Of a stretch of 64,000 nucleotides of DNA, positions 1-9,644 are shown in pieces. The DNA lies in the NCBI GenBank assembly GCA_965116415.1, contig OZ220693.1:436837-500836 (forward strand). The letters are read 5' to 3'. Source of the DNA: Dehalococcoidia bacterium. GTDB lineage: Bacteria > Chloroflexota > Dehalococcoidia > Lucifugimonadales > UBA1123. Each line of letters begins with the position of its first letter. Position 1 is the stretch's first letter. A program made the position numbers and the translations under genes. The notes under the pieces were generated by a model that made no database searches, was not told the DNA's origin, and saw only the letters and a list, made by a program, of their open reading frames with translations.

Positions 1-423
1 ACCCCAGGACGTAACTCTCCCAGGCCTCAGCCTGATCACAGGAGCCTCATCAGCGAGCAGAGTCCTGTACTGGACGTACTTGTACCTCAGCGCTGCTATC
101 GCGTTGGCGCTCTCCTGGTCGTCAGATACGAGGCCGGCATCCACAGAAACTAGCACGTAACCCAATTCGCCCCAGTCATCCGAGTACCGATCGACGACAA
201 AGGACGCCCGCGGGTTGGAAGTGATGTTGCGAACTCTACGCAGCTTCAATACGTCTACTGACTTGGGTTTTGCGTCGAGCCCTATGTAGATGAAGTCGTC
301 CACCAGGACGAAACACACTGGCACGACGTGCGGCACACCGTCGGGAGTCGAGGTGGCCAGCCGCCCTACCCTCGCGCTCGCGACGAATCGTGTCTCCTCG
401 TCACTAAAGACCCGACGCGGCAT
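1..423 (-). CDS. PPOX-class, probably F420-dependent oxidoreductase (Rv0121-like), 3'-truncated by window edge
   Basis: Not in the ORF track. Manual translation from ATG at 423: MPRRVFSDEETRFVASARVGRLATSTPDGVPHVVPVCF...DAKPKS...LRRVRNITSNPRASFVVDRYSDDW...SWG. These are typical split-barrel PPOX motifs. Confidence 0.8.
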   Translation of the reverse strand, partial: MPRRVFSDEETRFVASARVGRLATSTPDGVPHVVPVCFVLVDDFIYIGLDAKPKSVDVLKLRRVRNITSNPRASFVVDRYSDDWGELGYVLVSVDAGLVSDDQESANAIAALRYKYVQYRTLLADEAPVIRLRPGRVTSWG

Positions 424-429
424 CTCGCT

Positions 430-1233
430 CTATTCCGGCTGCCAGATGCGTCTATCGCCTGTGCGTACGAATCTGCCGAATCCAGGGTGCGGGAAGTGCC
501 CGGAGGCGACCAGTGTTCCGTCGCCCTCCAGCCTGTCGAGTACAGAGTGCCGCGTCTCACGGGCCAGGTCGGGGTCGGTATCGAATCCGGGACTCCAGTC
601 AGTGTACTGGGCCTGGGCAGGACTGTGCGCCACGTCGCCTAGTATGAACGCGCTTTCGCCAGCAGACGAGATCACCAGTGAGATGTGACCTGGGGTGTGG
701 CCGGGCGTAGGCAGTGTCTCTACCTCGTCCGTCACGTCGTACTCGCCCTCGATCAGGTCCAGTACGTTGAGGCCTTCCAGCGGGACCATTTGCGCGTCTA
801 CGTGCGGCGCCTGCTCTCGCACTTCAGGCTGAGTCCAGTGGTCCCAGTCGACACGTGTGACCAGGTATCTGGCGTTCGGAAACGTTGGACTGCCGTCCGA
901 CATGTTCCAGCCCACGTGGTCGGGGTGGATGTGGGTCAGCACCACGAGGTCGACCGCATCCCTGTCTACACCGCTCTCGTTGAGCTGGGTCAGGAGCGTT
1001 CCGTCAGGCCCGCCAAGTCCCGTATCGACCAACACAAGTTTGCCGCCGGAGTTGAATGCGAACGACCCGAATCTTGGATGAATCAGGCCCGCATCGTCGA
1101 GGAGGTCACCGTACTCAGACCTCCAGATTTCCATGTCGCTGGCCGGAAAGACGTCCGTGGGGGACATGTCTCCCCGTCCGTCGGAGACCGACACTATCTC
1201 GATGTTGCCTACTACAACTTTTGCACCTGCCAC
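430..1233 (-). CDS. MBL-fold metallo-hydrolase (AHL lactonase-like)
   Basis: THIHPDHVG (HxHxDH), PGHTPGH, GD and C-terminal His motifs. Confidence 0.9.
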   Translation of the reverse strand: MAGAKVVVGNIEIVSVSDGRGDMSPTDVFPASDMEIWRSEYGDLLDDAGLIHPRFGSFAFNSGGKLVLVDTGLGGPDGTLLTQLNESGVDRDAVDLVVLTHIHPDHVGWNMSDGSPTFPNARYLVTRVDWDHWTQPEVREQAPHVDAQMVPLEGLNVLDLIEGEYDVTDEVETLPTPGHTPGHISLVISSAGESAFILGDVAHSPAQAQYTDWSPGFDTDPDLARETRHSVLDRLEGDGTLVASGHFPHPGFGRFVRTGDRRIWQPE

Positions 1234-1326
1234 GAGTCTCCTCCCTATCGTGGAATGTGGGCCCAGCTAAGGGGCCAGTGGGGCGTATTCTATACAGCGC
1301 TCAATAGGGGGGCAAACGCGGCCAGC

Positions 1327-1354
1327 TTGACACCTCAGCCTGCCCAGATATGAT
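1327..1354 (+). promoter_or_regulatory. sigma70-type promoter of the dihydropyrimidinase gene
   Basis: TTGACA-N16-TATGAT, followed by GGGAGG RBS before the start at 1378. Confidence 0.6.
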
Positions 1355-1377
1355 AGCTGGAGAGACCACCAGGGAGG

Positions 1378-2817
1378 TTGAAACCCATGGCAGGCAGAGG
1401 AGCTGACTACATGATCAGGGGCGGCCTAGTCGTCCGAGGAAGCGGCATTACGCGCGAGGACATCATCGTCGCCGACGGCAAGATCGTCGAAAATGACGGC
1501 GCCTACGCCGATCCTGATATAGGCAGAATCATCGACGCCTCGGGGCACTTCGTCCTCCCCGGCATAGTCGACGCGCACAACCACCCGGTCAATGCCGACC
1601 GTATTGAGACTTTCTCCCTGAGCGCGGCGCATGGTGGCGTGACCACAGTCGTGCCGTTCATCCAGAACATGCGCAGGCAGGGCATCGAGGGCACCGTCGT
1701 CGACATGATCGACGAGTTCATGGACGAGGCTGCAGCGGACTCGTACCTCGACTACGCCATCCACGCGATCCTGCTCGGCGACGACGACGTTGAAGACCAG
1801 GTTCCAAAGCTGATGGACATGGGCGTCATCTCGTTCAAGATGTACATGACATACCCCAGGCGCGGCATGATGATGCCCGACGACCGGATGTTAAGGGCAA
1901 TGGAGATGGCCGCTGCCGACGGCGGCATCGCCATGGTACATGCGGAGAACGGCTACTGCATCGACCATCTCGTCGAACGGTCGATCGAGGCGGGCCAAGT
2001 CGGTAGAGAGCACTACGCGCCCTCCCAGCCCAGGATACTGGAGATCGAGGCGGCCAACCGAGCCGCGACCTACGCCCAGGTTACCGGCTGTCCTCTGTAC
2101 ATCGTCCACCTCTCTGCGAGGGAGATTCTCGGCGTGCTGGAGGAGTTTCGCGGAGAGGAGATGCACCTGTTCGGCGAGACGTGCCCACAGTACCTCGACC
2201 TCACCAACCAGGCGATGCTCGACCATGGCCCGCTTGCAAAGATCGGGCCTCCGCTCAGGGAGCCCGAGGACAACGAGGCGATGTGGCGCGGGCTGGACAC
2301 ACACCTTATCGACACCATCGCGAGCGACTTCTGCGGGTTCAAGAAGTCCCAGAAGGGCTCGTATGACACGGAGGCTGACCACGACCACGAGGGATCCATC
2401 TTCGACGCCACTTTCGGCGGCAACTGGGTCGAGCAGATGTTGCCCGTCGTATACCAGGAGGGTGTTAACGCCGGCCGGATCACGCTTCCACGCCTCGTGC
2501 AGGTCATGTGCGAAAACCCTGCGAAGATATTCGGACTGTACCCGCAGAAGGGTTCTCTGGACGCTGGAGCGGACGCAGACATAGTGCTCTTCGATCCCAC
2601 GGTCGAGCACACGCTCAGTGCGGAGAGCCAGCACTGCAACGCCGACTACACGATGTTCGAAGGCAAGCGGATCACCGGCAAGCCCGTCCTCACGATGCAG
2701 CGTGGCGAGATCCTGGTCGAGAACGGGGTGATGCAACGTCCCAAGGGTCGCGCCACGTATCTACCGGGCAACAGGGAACTCACTGCCTACTCTGAGACTG
2801 GCTACGCAGTTTCATAG
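1378..2817 (+). CDS. Dihydropyrimidinase/hydantoinase-family cyclic amidohydrolase
   Basis: DAHNH, SFKMYM (carbamylated Lys), VHAEN, VHLS, PPLR, NPAKIFGLYPQKGSL..GADADIV. Confidence 0.85.
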   Translation: MKPMAGRGADYMIRGGLVVRGSGITREDIIVADGKIVENDGAYADPDIGRIIDASGHFVLPGIVDAHNHPVNADRIETFSLSAAHGGVTTVVPFIQNMRRQGIEGTVVDMIDEFMDEAAADSYLDYAIHAILLGDDDVEDQVPKLMDMGVISFKMYMTYPRRGMMMPDDRMLRAMEMAAADGGIAMVHAENGYCIDHLVERSIEAGQVGREHYAPSQPRILEIEAANRAATYAQVTGCPLYIVHLSAREILGVLEEFRGEEMHLFGETCPQYLDLTNQAMLDHGPLAKIGPPLREPEDNEAMWRGLDTHLIDTIASDFCGFKKSQKGSYDTEADHDHEGSIFDATFGGNWVEQMLPVVYQEGVNAGRITLPRLVQVMCENPAKIFGLYPQKGSLDAGADADIVLFDPTVEHTLSAESQHCNADYTMFEGKRITGKPVLTMQRGEILVENGVMQRPKGRATYLPGNRELTAYSETGYAVS

Positions 2818-2899
2818 AGCGCTAACGGCTCGGGCATAAACGAGGGCTATGCTATACTTACGTGGCTTCTTCAGCATGTCTAGACAGGGAGGAAATCAC

Positions 2900-3961
2900 G
2901 TGGTCGAGACCAGCGATGCCATTCGTTTGACCAGCCTTGCAAGCTGCGCAGGTTGAGCGTCCAAGTTCAGCCCTGAGGATCTTGGACAGATCCTGAGCCA
3001 GCTCCCACCCGTATCGGACGAGAACCTGCTCGTTGGCGTGAACACCGGGGACGACGCCGCGGTGTACCGGATGAGCGAAGACACCGCCCTCATACAAACG
3101 GTCGACTTCTTCCCTCCGATTGTGGACGATCCATACGCCTTCGGACAGATCGCGGTCGCAAATGCACTTAGTGACGTGTATGCAATGGGCGGCAAGCCCC
3201 TTATCGCACTGAACATCGTCGGTTTTCCGGTTGCACTACCCAAGGACATCCTCGGGTCAATTCTCGTCGGCGGCGCTGATAAGGCTCAGGAGGCCGGAGT
3301 GCTCATCGTCGGCGGGCATACCGTGGACGACGAAGAACCCAAGTACGGACTCTCGGTAACAGGTGTTGTGAGGCCGGGCGACGAGGTCACCAACGCAGGA
3401 GCTCAGCCCGGCGACAGGCTGGTTCTTACCAAGCCGATCGGCACCGGGGTGATTACCACCGCAGGCAAGCAGGGAGTGGCAGGACAGGACGTCATCGCCT
3501 CCGCAGTGGAGATCATGGGCGCCCTTAACCGGGACGCCTCCCATGCAATGACCTCTGTTGGCGTCAACGCATGTGTAGACGTAACAGGATTCGGGCTACT
3601 GGGGCACCTGAGGGGGATGACGAGGGCCAGCGGCGTATCTGCGTCCGTTAGACTTGGCGCAATCCCGTTCATCCCCGGCGCTCAGGAGTTGGCGGAACAG
3701 GGAGTCGCCCCAGGTGGGACTCACCGTAACCTCGATTCGCTCGAACCTGACGTCCTGTGGGACGACTCCGTCACGGACATCGAGAAGTTGCTCCTGGCAG
3801 ACGCGCAGACTTCTGGGGGACTGCTGATCTCTGTCCCGGAGTCTTCCACCGGTGCGCTCATAGACGCCCTGGAGAAGCATGGCGTTACGACTCACGCGGA
3901 AATCGGATCGATAGCCGAATGCCCACAGAGTGGCGGCCCGTCGATTCACGTGTCTGCCTGA
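2900..3961 (+). CDS. selD: Selenide, water dikinase (selenophosphate synthetase), selenocysteine-containing; UGA at 2954-2956
   Basis: GTG at 2900 after GGGAGG reads MVETSDAIRLTSLASCAG-UGA-ASKFSPEDL..., in frame with track ORF 3038-3961 (GDDAAVY, QTVDFF, NALSDVYAMGG, DVTGFGLLGH, DAQTSGGLL). The UGA occupies the catalytic Cys/Sec-x-x-Lys position. Confidence 0.93.
2957..2987 (+). promoter_or_regulatory. Bacterial SECIS-like hairpin
   Basis: GTCCAAG (2959-2965) pairs perfectly with CTTGGAC (2981-2987). The inner TTCA/TGAG stem has a GCCC apical loop. It lies immediately 3' of the UGA. Confidence 0.65.
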
Positions 3962-4002
3962 CAAACCGCTCACCAACTCCGAATCAGATGGGCTTCTAAT
4001 CA

Positions 4003-5679
4003 ATGACTACTTCTCTACGCTCAGAGGTGGCGCAGCTTGTCAGAAGCGCGCTCGATTCCGCCGTCGGGTCAGGGACACTCCCTGAAGTAGATGTTCAGGA
4101 CCTCTCCATAGAGCGGCCGCAGAAGTCCGAGAATGGCGATTTCTCCTGTAGCCTGGCAATGAAACTTGCCCGTCCCATGCGGATGAACCCGCGGGCGATT
4201 GGGCAGGCCATTGTCGACTCCCTTCCCGACTCTCCTCTAGTAGGAAGTGCGTGGCTTGCCGGCCCTGGGTTCGTGAATTTCAGCTTTGACCATGACTGGC
4301 TGCGGTCACAGGTGGACACTGTAATCGAGTCAGGAGCCAGTTACGGCAACTCTGCCGCTCCGAAAGGAGTGAGGGTCCAGGTCGAATTCGTAAGCGTGAA
4401 TCCGACCGGCCCGGTCCATGTGGGACACGCCAGGGGCGCCGTACTGGGAAGCGCACTCGCCAGTGTGCTCGCGGCAGCCGGATACGACGTTCAACGCGAA
4501 TACTATGTGAACGACGCCGGTCGCCAGATGGAGCTATTCTACGAGACCGCGTACGTCCGGTACCTGCAATCATGGGGCCTGGAGGCCCAGGTACCTGACG
4601 AAGGCTATATGGGCGAGTACATGGTCGACCTGGGACGGCAGATCGGGGCGGACCACGACGACAAGTTCCTGGTCATGGGCCGCGATGATGCCGTTGCCGC
4701 CATAGGGGAGGTTGGCCTGGAGGCAATGGTCGCCTCGATTCGGGCATCCCTGCAGAGAATCGGAGTGTCGTACGACAACTGGTTCAGGGAGCGGGACCTC
4801 TACAGAGGGGGCGAGTTCGAACGGGTCATGGAACTGATCGAACAGCGCGGGTACAGGACCTCGGCAGACGGGGCCGTGTGGTTCGCGGCCACCAGGCTCG
4901 GCGAGGAGAAAGACGCCGTCCTGATCCGGTCGAACGGTGACCCGACGTACTTCGCCTCAGACGTCGCATACCACTATGACAAGTTCGTCGAGCGCAAGTT
5001 CGACCAGGTCATCAACATCTGGGGAGCGGACCATCAGGGACACGTCAGCAGGATGAAGGCAGCTGTGTCGGCAATGGACGTCGACCCGGACCGCCTCACG
5101 CTGATGATCTACCAGATGGTCACGTTCAAGCAGGGCGAGGAGCTTGTCCGGCTGTCCAAGCGTTCAGGGGACATAATCACCGTAGACGACCTCGTGGACC
5201 AGGTCGGGGCCGACGCGTGCCGGTTCTTCTTCCTGTCCAGGGCGGCCGAGACCCAGATGGAATTCGATCTGGAGCTTGCGACCCGGCAGTCGTCGGACAA
5301 CCCCGTATACTACGTCCAGTACGCTCACGCGCGCATAGCCGGGATCATCTCGAACGCACATGAAAGGGGAATCGACCTCGAACACGGCGACCTGTCGCTG
5401 CTCGATCACGAAGCCGAACTAGACCTGATACGCAAGATCGTCCAGCTACCGGAACTGATCGAGTTGATGGCGAACAGCCTGGCCGTCCACCACTTGCCCC
5501 ACTTCGCGCAGGAGCTTGCCACGGCGTTCCACTGGTTCTACCAGCAGTGCCGTGTCATTTCGACCGTCGAGGGCGAGGAAGAACTCACGCGGGCGCGACT
5601 TCGCCTCTGCCAGGCTTCTAAGGTTGCACTGGCGAAGTGCCTCGACCTCATGGGCGTGAGCGCGCCAGACAAGATGTGA
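4003..5679 (+). CDS. argS: Arginine--tRNA ligase
   Basis: VEFVSVNPTGPVHVGHARG (HIGH), GADHQGH, LSKRSG, YVQYAHAR. Confidence 0.97.
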   Translation: MTTSLRSEVAQLVRSALDSAVGSGTLPEVDVQDLSIERPQKSENGDFSCSLAMKLARPMRMNPRAIGQAIVDSLPDSPLVGSAWLAGPGFVNFSFDHDWLRSQVDTVIESGASYGNSAAPKGVRVQVEFVSVNPTGPVHVGHARGAVLGSALASVLAAAGYDVQREYYVNDAGRQMELFYETAYVRYLQSWGLEAQVPDEGYMGEYMVDLGRQIGADHDDKFLVMGRDDAVAAIGEVGLEAMVASIRASLQRIGVSYDNWFRERDLYRGGEFERVMELIEQRGYRTSADGAVWFAATRLGEEKDAVLIRSNGDPTYFASDVAYHYDKFVERKFDQVINIWGADHQGHVSRMKAAVSAMDVDPDRLTLMIYQMVTFKQGEELVRLSKRSGDIITVDDLVDQVGADACRFFFLSRAAETQMEFDLELATRQSSDNPVYYVQYAHARIAGIISNAHERGIDLEHGDLSLLDHEAELDLIRKIVQLPELIELMANSLAVHHLPHFAQELATAFHWFYQQCRVISTVEGEEELTRARLRLCQASKVALAKCLDLMGVSAPDKM

Positions 5680-5680
5680 G

Positions 5681-5698
5681 GCAGGGGCACGCCCCTGC
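5681..5698. terminator. GC hairpin between convergent argS and gamma-CA genes
   Basis: GCAGGGGC-AC-GCCCCTGC inverted repeat; no U-tract. Confidence 0.5.
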
Positions 5699-5754
5699 AC
5701 CCCACAAGTCTTGCCGAAGACACTGGCTACTGCTCGCCGGCCGCTGACCCTCGG

Positions 5755-6270
5755 TTACGATCCCAGGTCGCCGTTTCTCAGGTACCGCTGCGTCTTCAGC
5801 ACGTAGACGCCGCTGAAGTAGTCGCCGAGTTCCAGGTGCCTGTCCTGAACCTCGCCCCTGACTCGACCGGGGACTCCGACGACGATTGACCTCTCGGGTA
5901 CCTGCATGTCGTCCAGCACTACTGCACCCGATGCGATGACGCACTCGTCACCAATCGATACGCCGTCGTTGACGACCGAGCCGTTGCCGAGCAGCGATCT
6001 CGAGCCAACGTTCCTGGCATGGCAGACAACCCTGTGTCCGATCACGACGTAGTCGCCTATGGTCGCATCGGTGTCGCAATGTACGACCGAGTTGTCCTGG
6101 ACGCAGGTGTACTTGCCGATGGTGATGCGCCCCATATCGCCGCGTACGACAGAGCCTGGCCACACGCTGGAACCCTCACCGATGACGACGTCGCCAATAA
6201 CATAGGCCGCCTCGCTGACGAACGCGGTCGGGTGAATTCTCGGAGTTATCCCGTCAAGAGACCTGATCAC
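5755..6270 (-). CDS. Gamma carbonic anhydrase family protein (hexapeptide repeat, YrdA/PaaY-like)
   Basis: IHPTAFV..A.VIGDV.IG..SSVW...VRGD, QDNSVVH, IGHRVVCH (three Zn-binding His). Confidence 0.9.
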   Translation of the reverse strand: MIRSLDGITPRIHPTAFVSEAAYVIGDVVIGEGSSVWPGSVVRGDMGRITIGKYTCVQDNSVVHCDTDATIGDYVVIGHRVVCHARNVGSRSLLGNGSVVNDGVSIGDECVIASGAVVLDDMQVPERSIVVGVPGRVRGEVQDRHLELGDYFSGVYVLKTQRYLRNGDLGS

Positions 6271-6457
6271 TTTACCTCCTTGTGCCGGCCGGTTGCCGGG
6301 CCCGAATACTGTATTTCATCGCATTCTCGAATGGAACTCCCAACCTCAAGGTCGTTTGAGCGTTCTACCAGAATAGCGGGATAGCGTTTGTCCGGTCTGT
6401 TACACAGGCTATGCTATTCTGTTATCGCAGTTTTCCAAGTACTGACAGGCTGGATTC

Positions 6458-7018
6458 ATGCTAAAACTCGGGTTAATTATCTCAATCCTGGTGGCGCTCG
6501 TCTTCACGATCAGTTGCAGTTCTCCGCCGCCAGAGCCGACGCCAGAACCCACACCAACGCCTCAACCGACGCCCACTCCTGAGCCGACACCAACCCCGGA
6601 GCCGACGCCAACTCCCACTCCGGAAGTGGACCCCACTGCGACTCCCCAGATTGCGGCGCTGTTCGAGTACATGCGCGCGGTCAGGCTTCTACAGGTCCAG
6701 GAGTTCGACGATGCCGTAACAGCCTTCGATCTCGTGATCAGGAAGCTGCCCGACTTTGGACGCGCCTACTACGGTCGGGGCAAGGCATTCTATGGGGATG
6801 AGCGACCGGAGCTGGCCCTGGAGGATTTCGAGACATCCATCCGGCTGGAACCAGACCACCCAGGCGCTTACATAGAGAGAGCGAGGCTCTCCCTCGACAG
6901 GGAACAGGTAGATGATGCGAGAGCCGACCTCAAGAAGGCGCTCGAGATCGCCAATCCCATAAGGGACTGGGAGCACATTTCGGAGGCGGAGATGATGATC
7001 GCGGACCTAGGCGGCTGA
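6458..7018 (+). CDS. TPR-repeat lipoprotein with Pro-Thr linker
   Basis: Hydrophobic signal ending TISC, (PEPTPT)n linker, TPR-like helices (AYYGRGKA, AYIERAR). Confidence 0.8.
   Translation: MLKLGLIISILVALVFTISCSSPPPEPTPEPTPTPQPTPTPEPTPTPEPTPTPTPEVDPTATPQIAALFEYMRAVRLLQVQEFDDAVTAFDLVIRKLPDFGRAYYGRGKAFYGDERPELALEDFETSIRLEPDHPGAYIERARLSLDREQVDDARADLKKALEIANPIRDWEHISEAEMMIADLGG
6530..6625 (+). repeat. Coding tandem repeat encoding P(E/Q)PTPT linker
   Basis: Imperfect repeats such as GAGCCGACGCCAACTCCC. Confidence 0.7.
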
Positions 7019-8239
7019 AGCTCCTGAGCCCGGCCACGACCTCGATCTGGCAAGGGCGTGCAGCCCAAAGTGCTGGGTCGCCAGCCGTGGACGAACGTCC
7101 AGCCCCAGGACCGAACTGATCCCCCTCGTCACCTCGTCCTGAGGGGGAGAAGGCATCTCCCTGAACGCTTCTTCTATCAGGTGGTACTCGCCCGCGTGGC
7201 TGAATAGAGAGTATGCGTGTAGAGCAGGCACGATTACGTTCGCCACGACGGTGACCGCGAGGCCGCGGCCAATGTACGGCCGGCTCTCCACCTCGCGAAT
7301 CAGGCCACGCACCCCTTCCCGCTCGAACACGGCCTCCAGAGAGTTAATGAGCCCATCCCTGGTGCCCTGCGCTATCAAAGGCGTGATTCCTTTCAGTCGG
7401 GACACCGGAGCATTCGTAGGCCTGACCCGGAACCGGTTCCAGGACTTGGGACTCAGGCAGCTCTTGACGCCCATCTGGCGGGCTATCCGGCGCATCTGGA
7501 CCTGTTCAATGTGGTCCAAGTCCGCCACCAGGGCGCCACCTACCACCAACGCCGAGAGTACGGCGAACTCCCGGGTGGAGGTCGGCTCACCTTTCAGGCT
7601 TAGGAACGTGCTGAGCGGGACCCGCCTCGCCAGAATTCGAAACGGCTTCCTGTTGCGCGCATATCCCATGGCGTCCAGAAGCGACTCGTAGACGACCTGG
7701 TCAGGGCTTGTCGCGGATTCCATTTCGAGCCTGAATCCAGCGCTCTTTGCGAGAAATCGTCTAACCCCCAACTCCTCGATGTCAGGCGCCTCAAGCTGGG
7801 ACATGAGGCTCAGCGGTCGTTCTCCTGCGGTATCAAACCGCGCCTCGGCGGTTGGCGGCATCTCAGCGTAGCTGCGTCCCCGCCCGGCCTTGAGTACGAC
7901 CTGAAGTACGACTCCCCGGTAACGAGGGTCTCCATGATGACCGTGGCCCCTCCAGCCGCTGGGGTCAAGGTGAAGCTCGATGTCGCCGCCAATGGTTTCG
8001 CCGTCTCGTTTGAGCACCGCTCCTTTGAAGTCGGGGCCGGCTCCCTGGTTGCGCACACCGGGGAACAGGATCTCGTAATCTTCACCGTCGCGCCCAGTTA
8101 GCTCAGGATGGAGCTCAAGGGAACGTTCCCACAGGTCGGAGAACGCCTTTTCGGAGGGAATCGGAGACTCGCGTATCCCTGAGCCACCAGGAAGCGGCTC
8201 CCTCACCCTCCTCGAGTCTCGGGCAGGACTGGTGACCAA
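7007..8239 (-). CDS. DUF2851-family protein (probable TTG start at 8239)
   Basis: ILFPG.RN.GAGPDF..A, GDIELH...W..HGHHGDPRY..VVLQVV, GY..N..PF, RVRPTNAP..RL. Confidence 0.75.
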   Translation of the reverse strand: MVTSPARDSRRVREPLPGGSGIRESPIPSEKAFSDLWERSLELHPELTGRDGEDYEILFPGVRNQGAGPDFKGAVLKRDGETIGGDIELHLDPSGWRGHGHHGDPRYRGVVLQVVLKAGRGRSYAEMPPTAEARFDTAGERPLSLMSQLEAPDIEELGVRRFLAKSAGFRLEMESATSPDQVVYESLLDAMGYARNRKPFRILARRVPLSTFLSLKGEPTSTREFAVLSALVVGGALVADLDHIEQVQMRRIARQMGVKSCLSPKSWNRFRVRPTNAPVSRLKGITPLIAQGTRDGLINSLEAVFEREGVRGLIREVESRPYIGRGLAVTVVANVIVPALHAYSLFSHAGEYHLIEEAFREMPSPPQDEVTRGISSVLGLDVRPRLATQHFGLHALARSRSWPGSGASAA

Positions 8240-8244
8240 TGAAC

Positions 8245-9639
8245 TCAAACGACCGGCCAGCGGGGGCCGAAGTCGACCCCTGCCCTTTTCATCATGTCCG
8301 CGCCGAAGCCCTGGACCTCCTGGATCAGTTCCCACTCGTCAACGAACGTCGGCGAATGGTCGCGCACAACGACCCGGCCGTCCACGATCACGGTATGAAC
8401 GCTTCGGCCGTCTGCAGAGTAGACCAGGTTGTTGACCGGATTGAAAAGCGTGCGCCACTCCGGACGCCTCGTATCAAACAGCACGAGGTCCGCCCTTTTG
8501 CCAGGTTCGATCGACCCGATCCTGTCGTCCATTCCCAGCGCCTTCGCTCCGGTGATCGTCGCCATCTCCACCGCAGTCTCGGCGGGAATCATGGTCACAT
8601 CCTCGCGACCGTCCTTGTACAGTATCGCGGCGAGGTACATCGACCTCATGGTCTCTATTAGATTGGAGTTGTTCGCTGCGTCGGTTCCCAGGGCCACGGG
8701 TACGCCGGCGGCGAGAAGCTCAGGAAGCAACGCTGTCCTGGTCATGCCCGAGCCACCTTTGGCTGCTGCCGTCGGACACATAGCCACTGAAGCGCCGGAC
8801 CTCGCGACGATGCCGACGTCGTCTCGCGTAATACCGAGCGCGTGGGCGAGAAGCATGTCTTCGTCGAGTACGCCGATCTGGTCCAGGAATGCAGTCGGCG
8901 TTCTGCCGGTCCGGTCCAGCCAGCCGCTGCGGGATGACGTTGTGTAGCTGTGGTGGGTAGTCGTCCGAGTATCCAGATCGCGGGCAATCTGCGCCGTGCC
9001 TACGAGGAGCTCTGCCGAGGCGAAGTCCGGCGAGAACGGCATCGCCCAGGCGCTGACCATCCCGTCAAGCTCGCCGTCGAAACGGCCAATCGTGTCCCGG
9101 GTGATCTCCAGGGCCTCTGCGGTCTCGTATACCGGCACGTTAAGCGGGTTCTCCCTGTCCGTGACCTGGGCGCCGGTCACGATTCTGCATCCTGACTGCC
9201 TGTAGGCGTCGAGGCATGTCTCGATGTACTTGGTGGACCCCGGATCGACGAACGTCGTCGTGCCGTACTTCAGCAATTCCGTGATCGCCAGGAGCGAGGT
9301 TAGCCGCTCCTCCTCGGGCGTCATCACACCCTGGAGGGCGAAGACGTTCGGAAGGTAGGCAGGACCCAGGTCGTCAGGGAAGATCCCGCGGGTGGCGTGA
9401 GCGTAGCTAATGTGCATGTGCCCGCTTACGAAACCGGGGGTAACCACGAAGTGCCGGGCGTCTATAGTCTCCTCGGCGTCAATTCCCTCGAGTTCGCCGG
9501 TCTTACCGACAGCGGTGATCGTGTTCCCGGTTACCACTATTGAAGCGTCAGTAACAATACGCCGATCATCGTCCATCGTCAGGATGAAGTCGCAGTTGTC
9601 TATCTTCAGAGAAGCTCTCTTGGTGTCTGAGGAAACCAC
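8245..9639 (-). CDS. Amidohydrolase (MTA/SAH deaminase, SsnA-like)
   Basis: PGFVSGHMH, LKYGTTT, LLAH, ALGTD, GSIEPGKRADLV. Confidence 0.85.
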   Translation of the reverse strand: MVSSDTKRASLKIDNCDFILTMDDDRRIVTDASIVVTGNTITAVGKTGELEGIDAEETIDARHFVVTPGFVSGHMHISYAHATRGIFPDDLGPAYLPNVFALQGVMTPEEERLTSLLAITELLKYGTTTFVDPGSTKYIETCLDAYRQSGCRIVTGAQVTDRENPLNVPVYETAEALEITRDTIGRFDGELDGMVSAWAMPFSPDFASAELLVGTAQIARDLDTRTTTHHSYTTSSRSGWLDRTGRTPTAFLDQIGVLDEDMLLAHALGITRDDVGIVARSGASVAMCPTAAAKGGSGMTRTALLPELLAAGVPVALGTDAANNSNLIETMRSMYLAAILYKDGREDVTMIPAETAVEMATITGAKALGMDDRIGSIEPGKRADLVLFDTRRPEWRTLFNPVNNLVYSADGRSVHTVIVDGRVVVRDHSPTFVDEWELIQEVQGFGADMMKRAGVDFGPRWPVV

Positions 9640-9644
9640 GACTG

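Noticed and set aside
3038-3961. selD as an N-terminally truncated gene or pseudogene
   Set aside because: The stop is a UGA exactly at the catalytic Cys/Sec site with a downstream hairpin, so recoding explains it better
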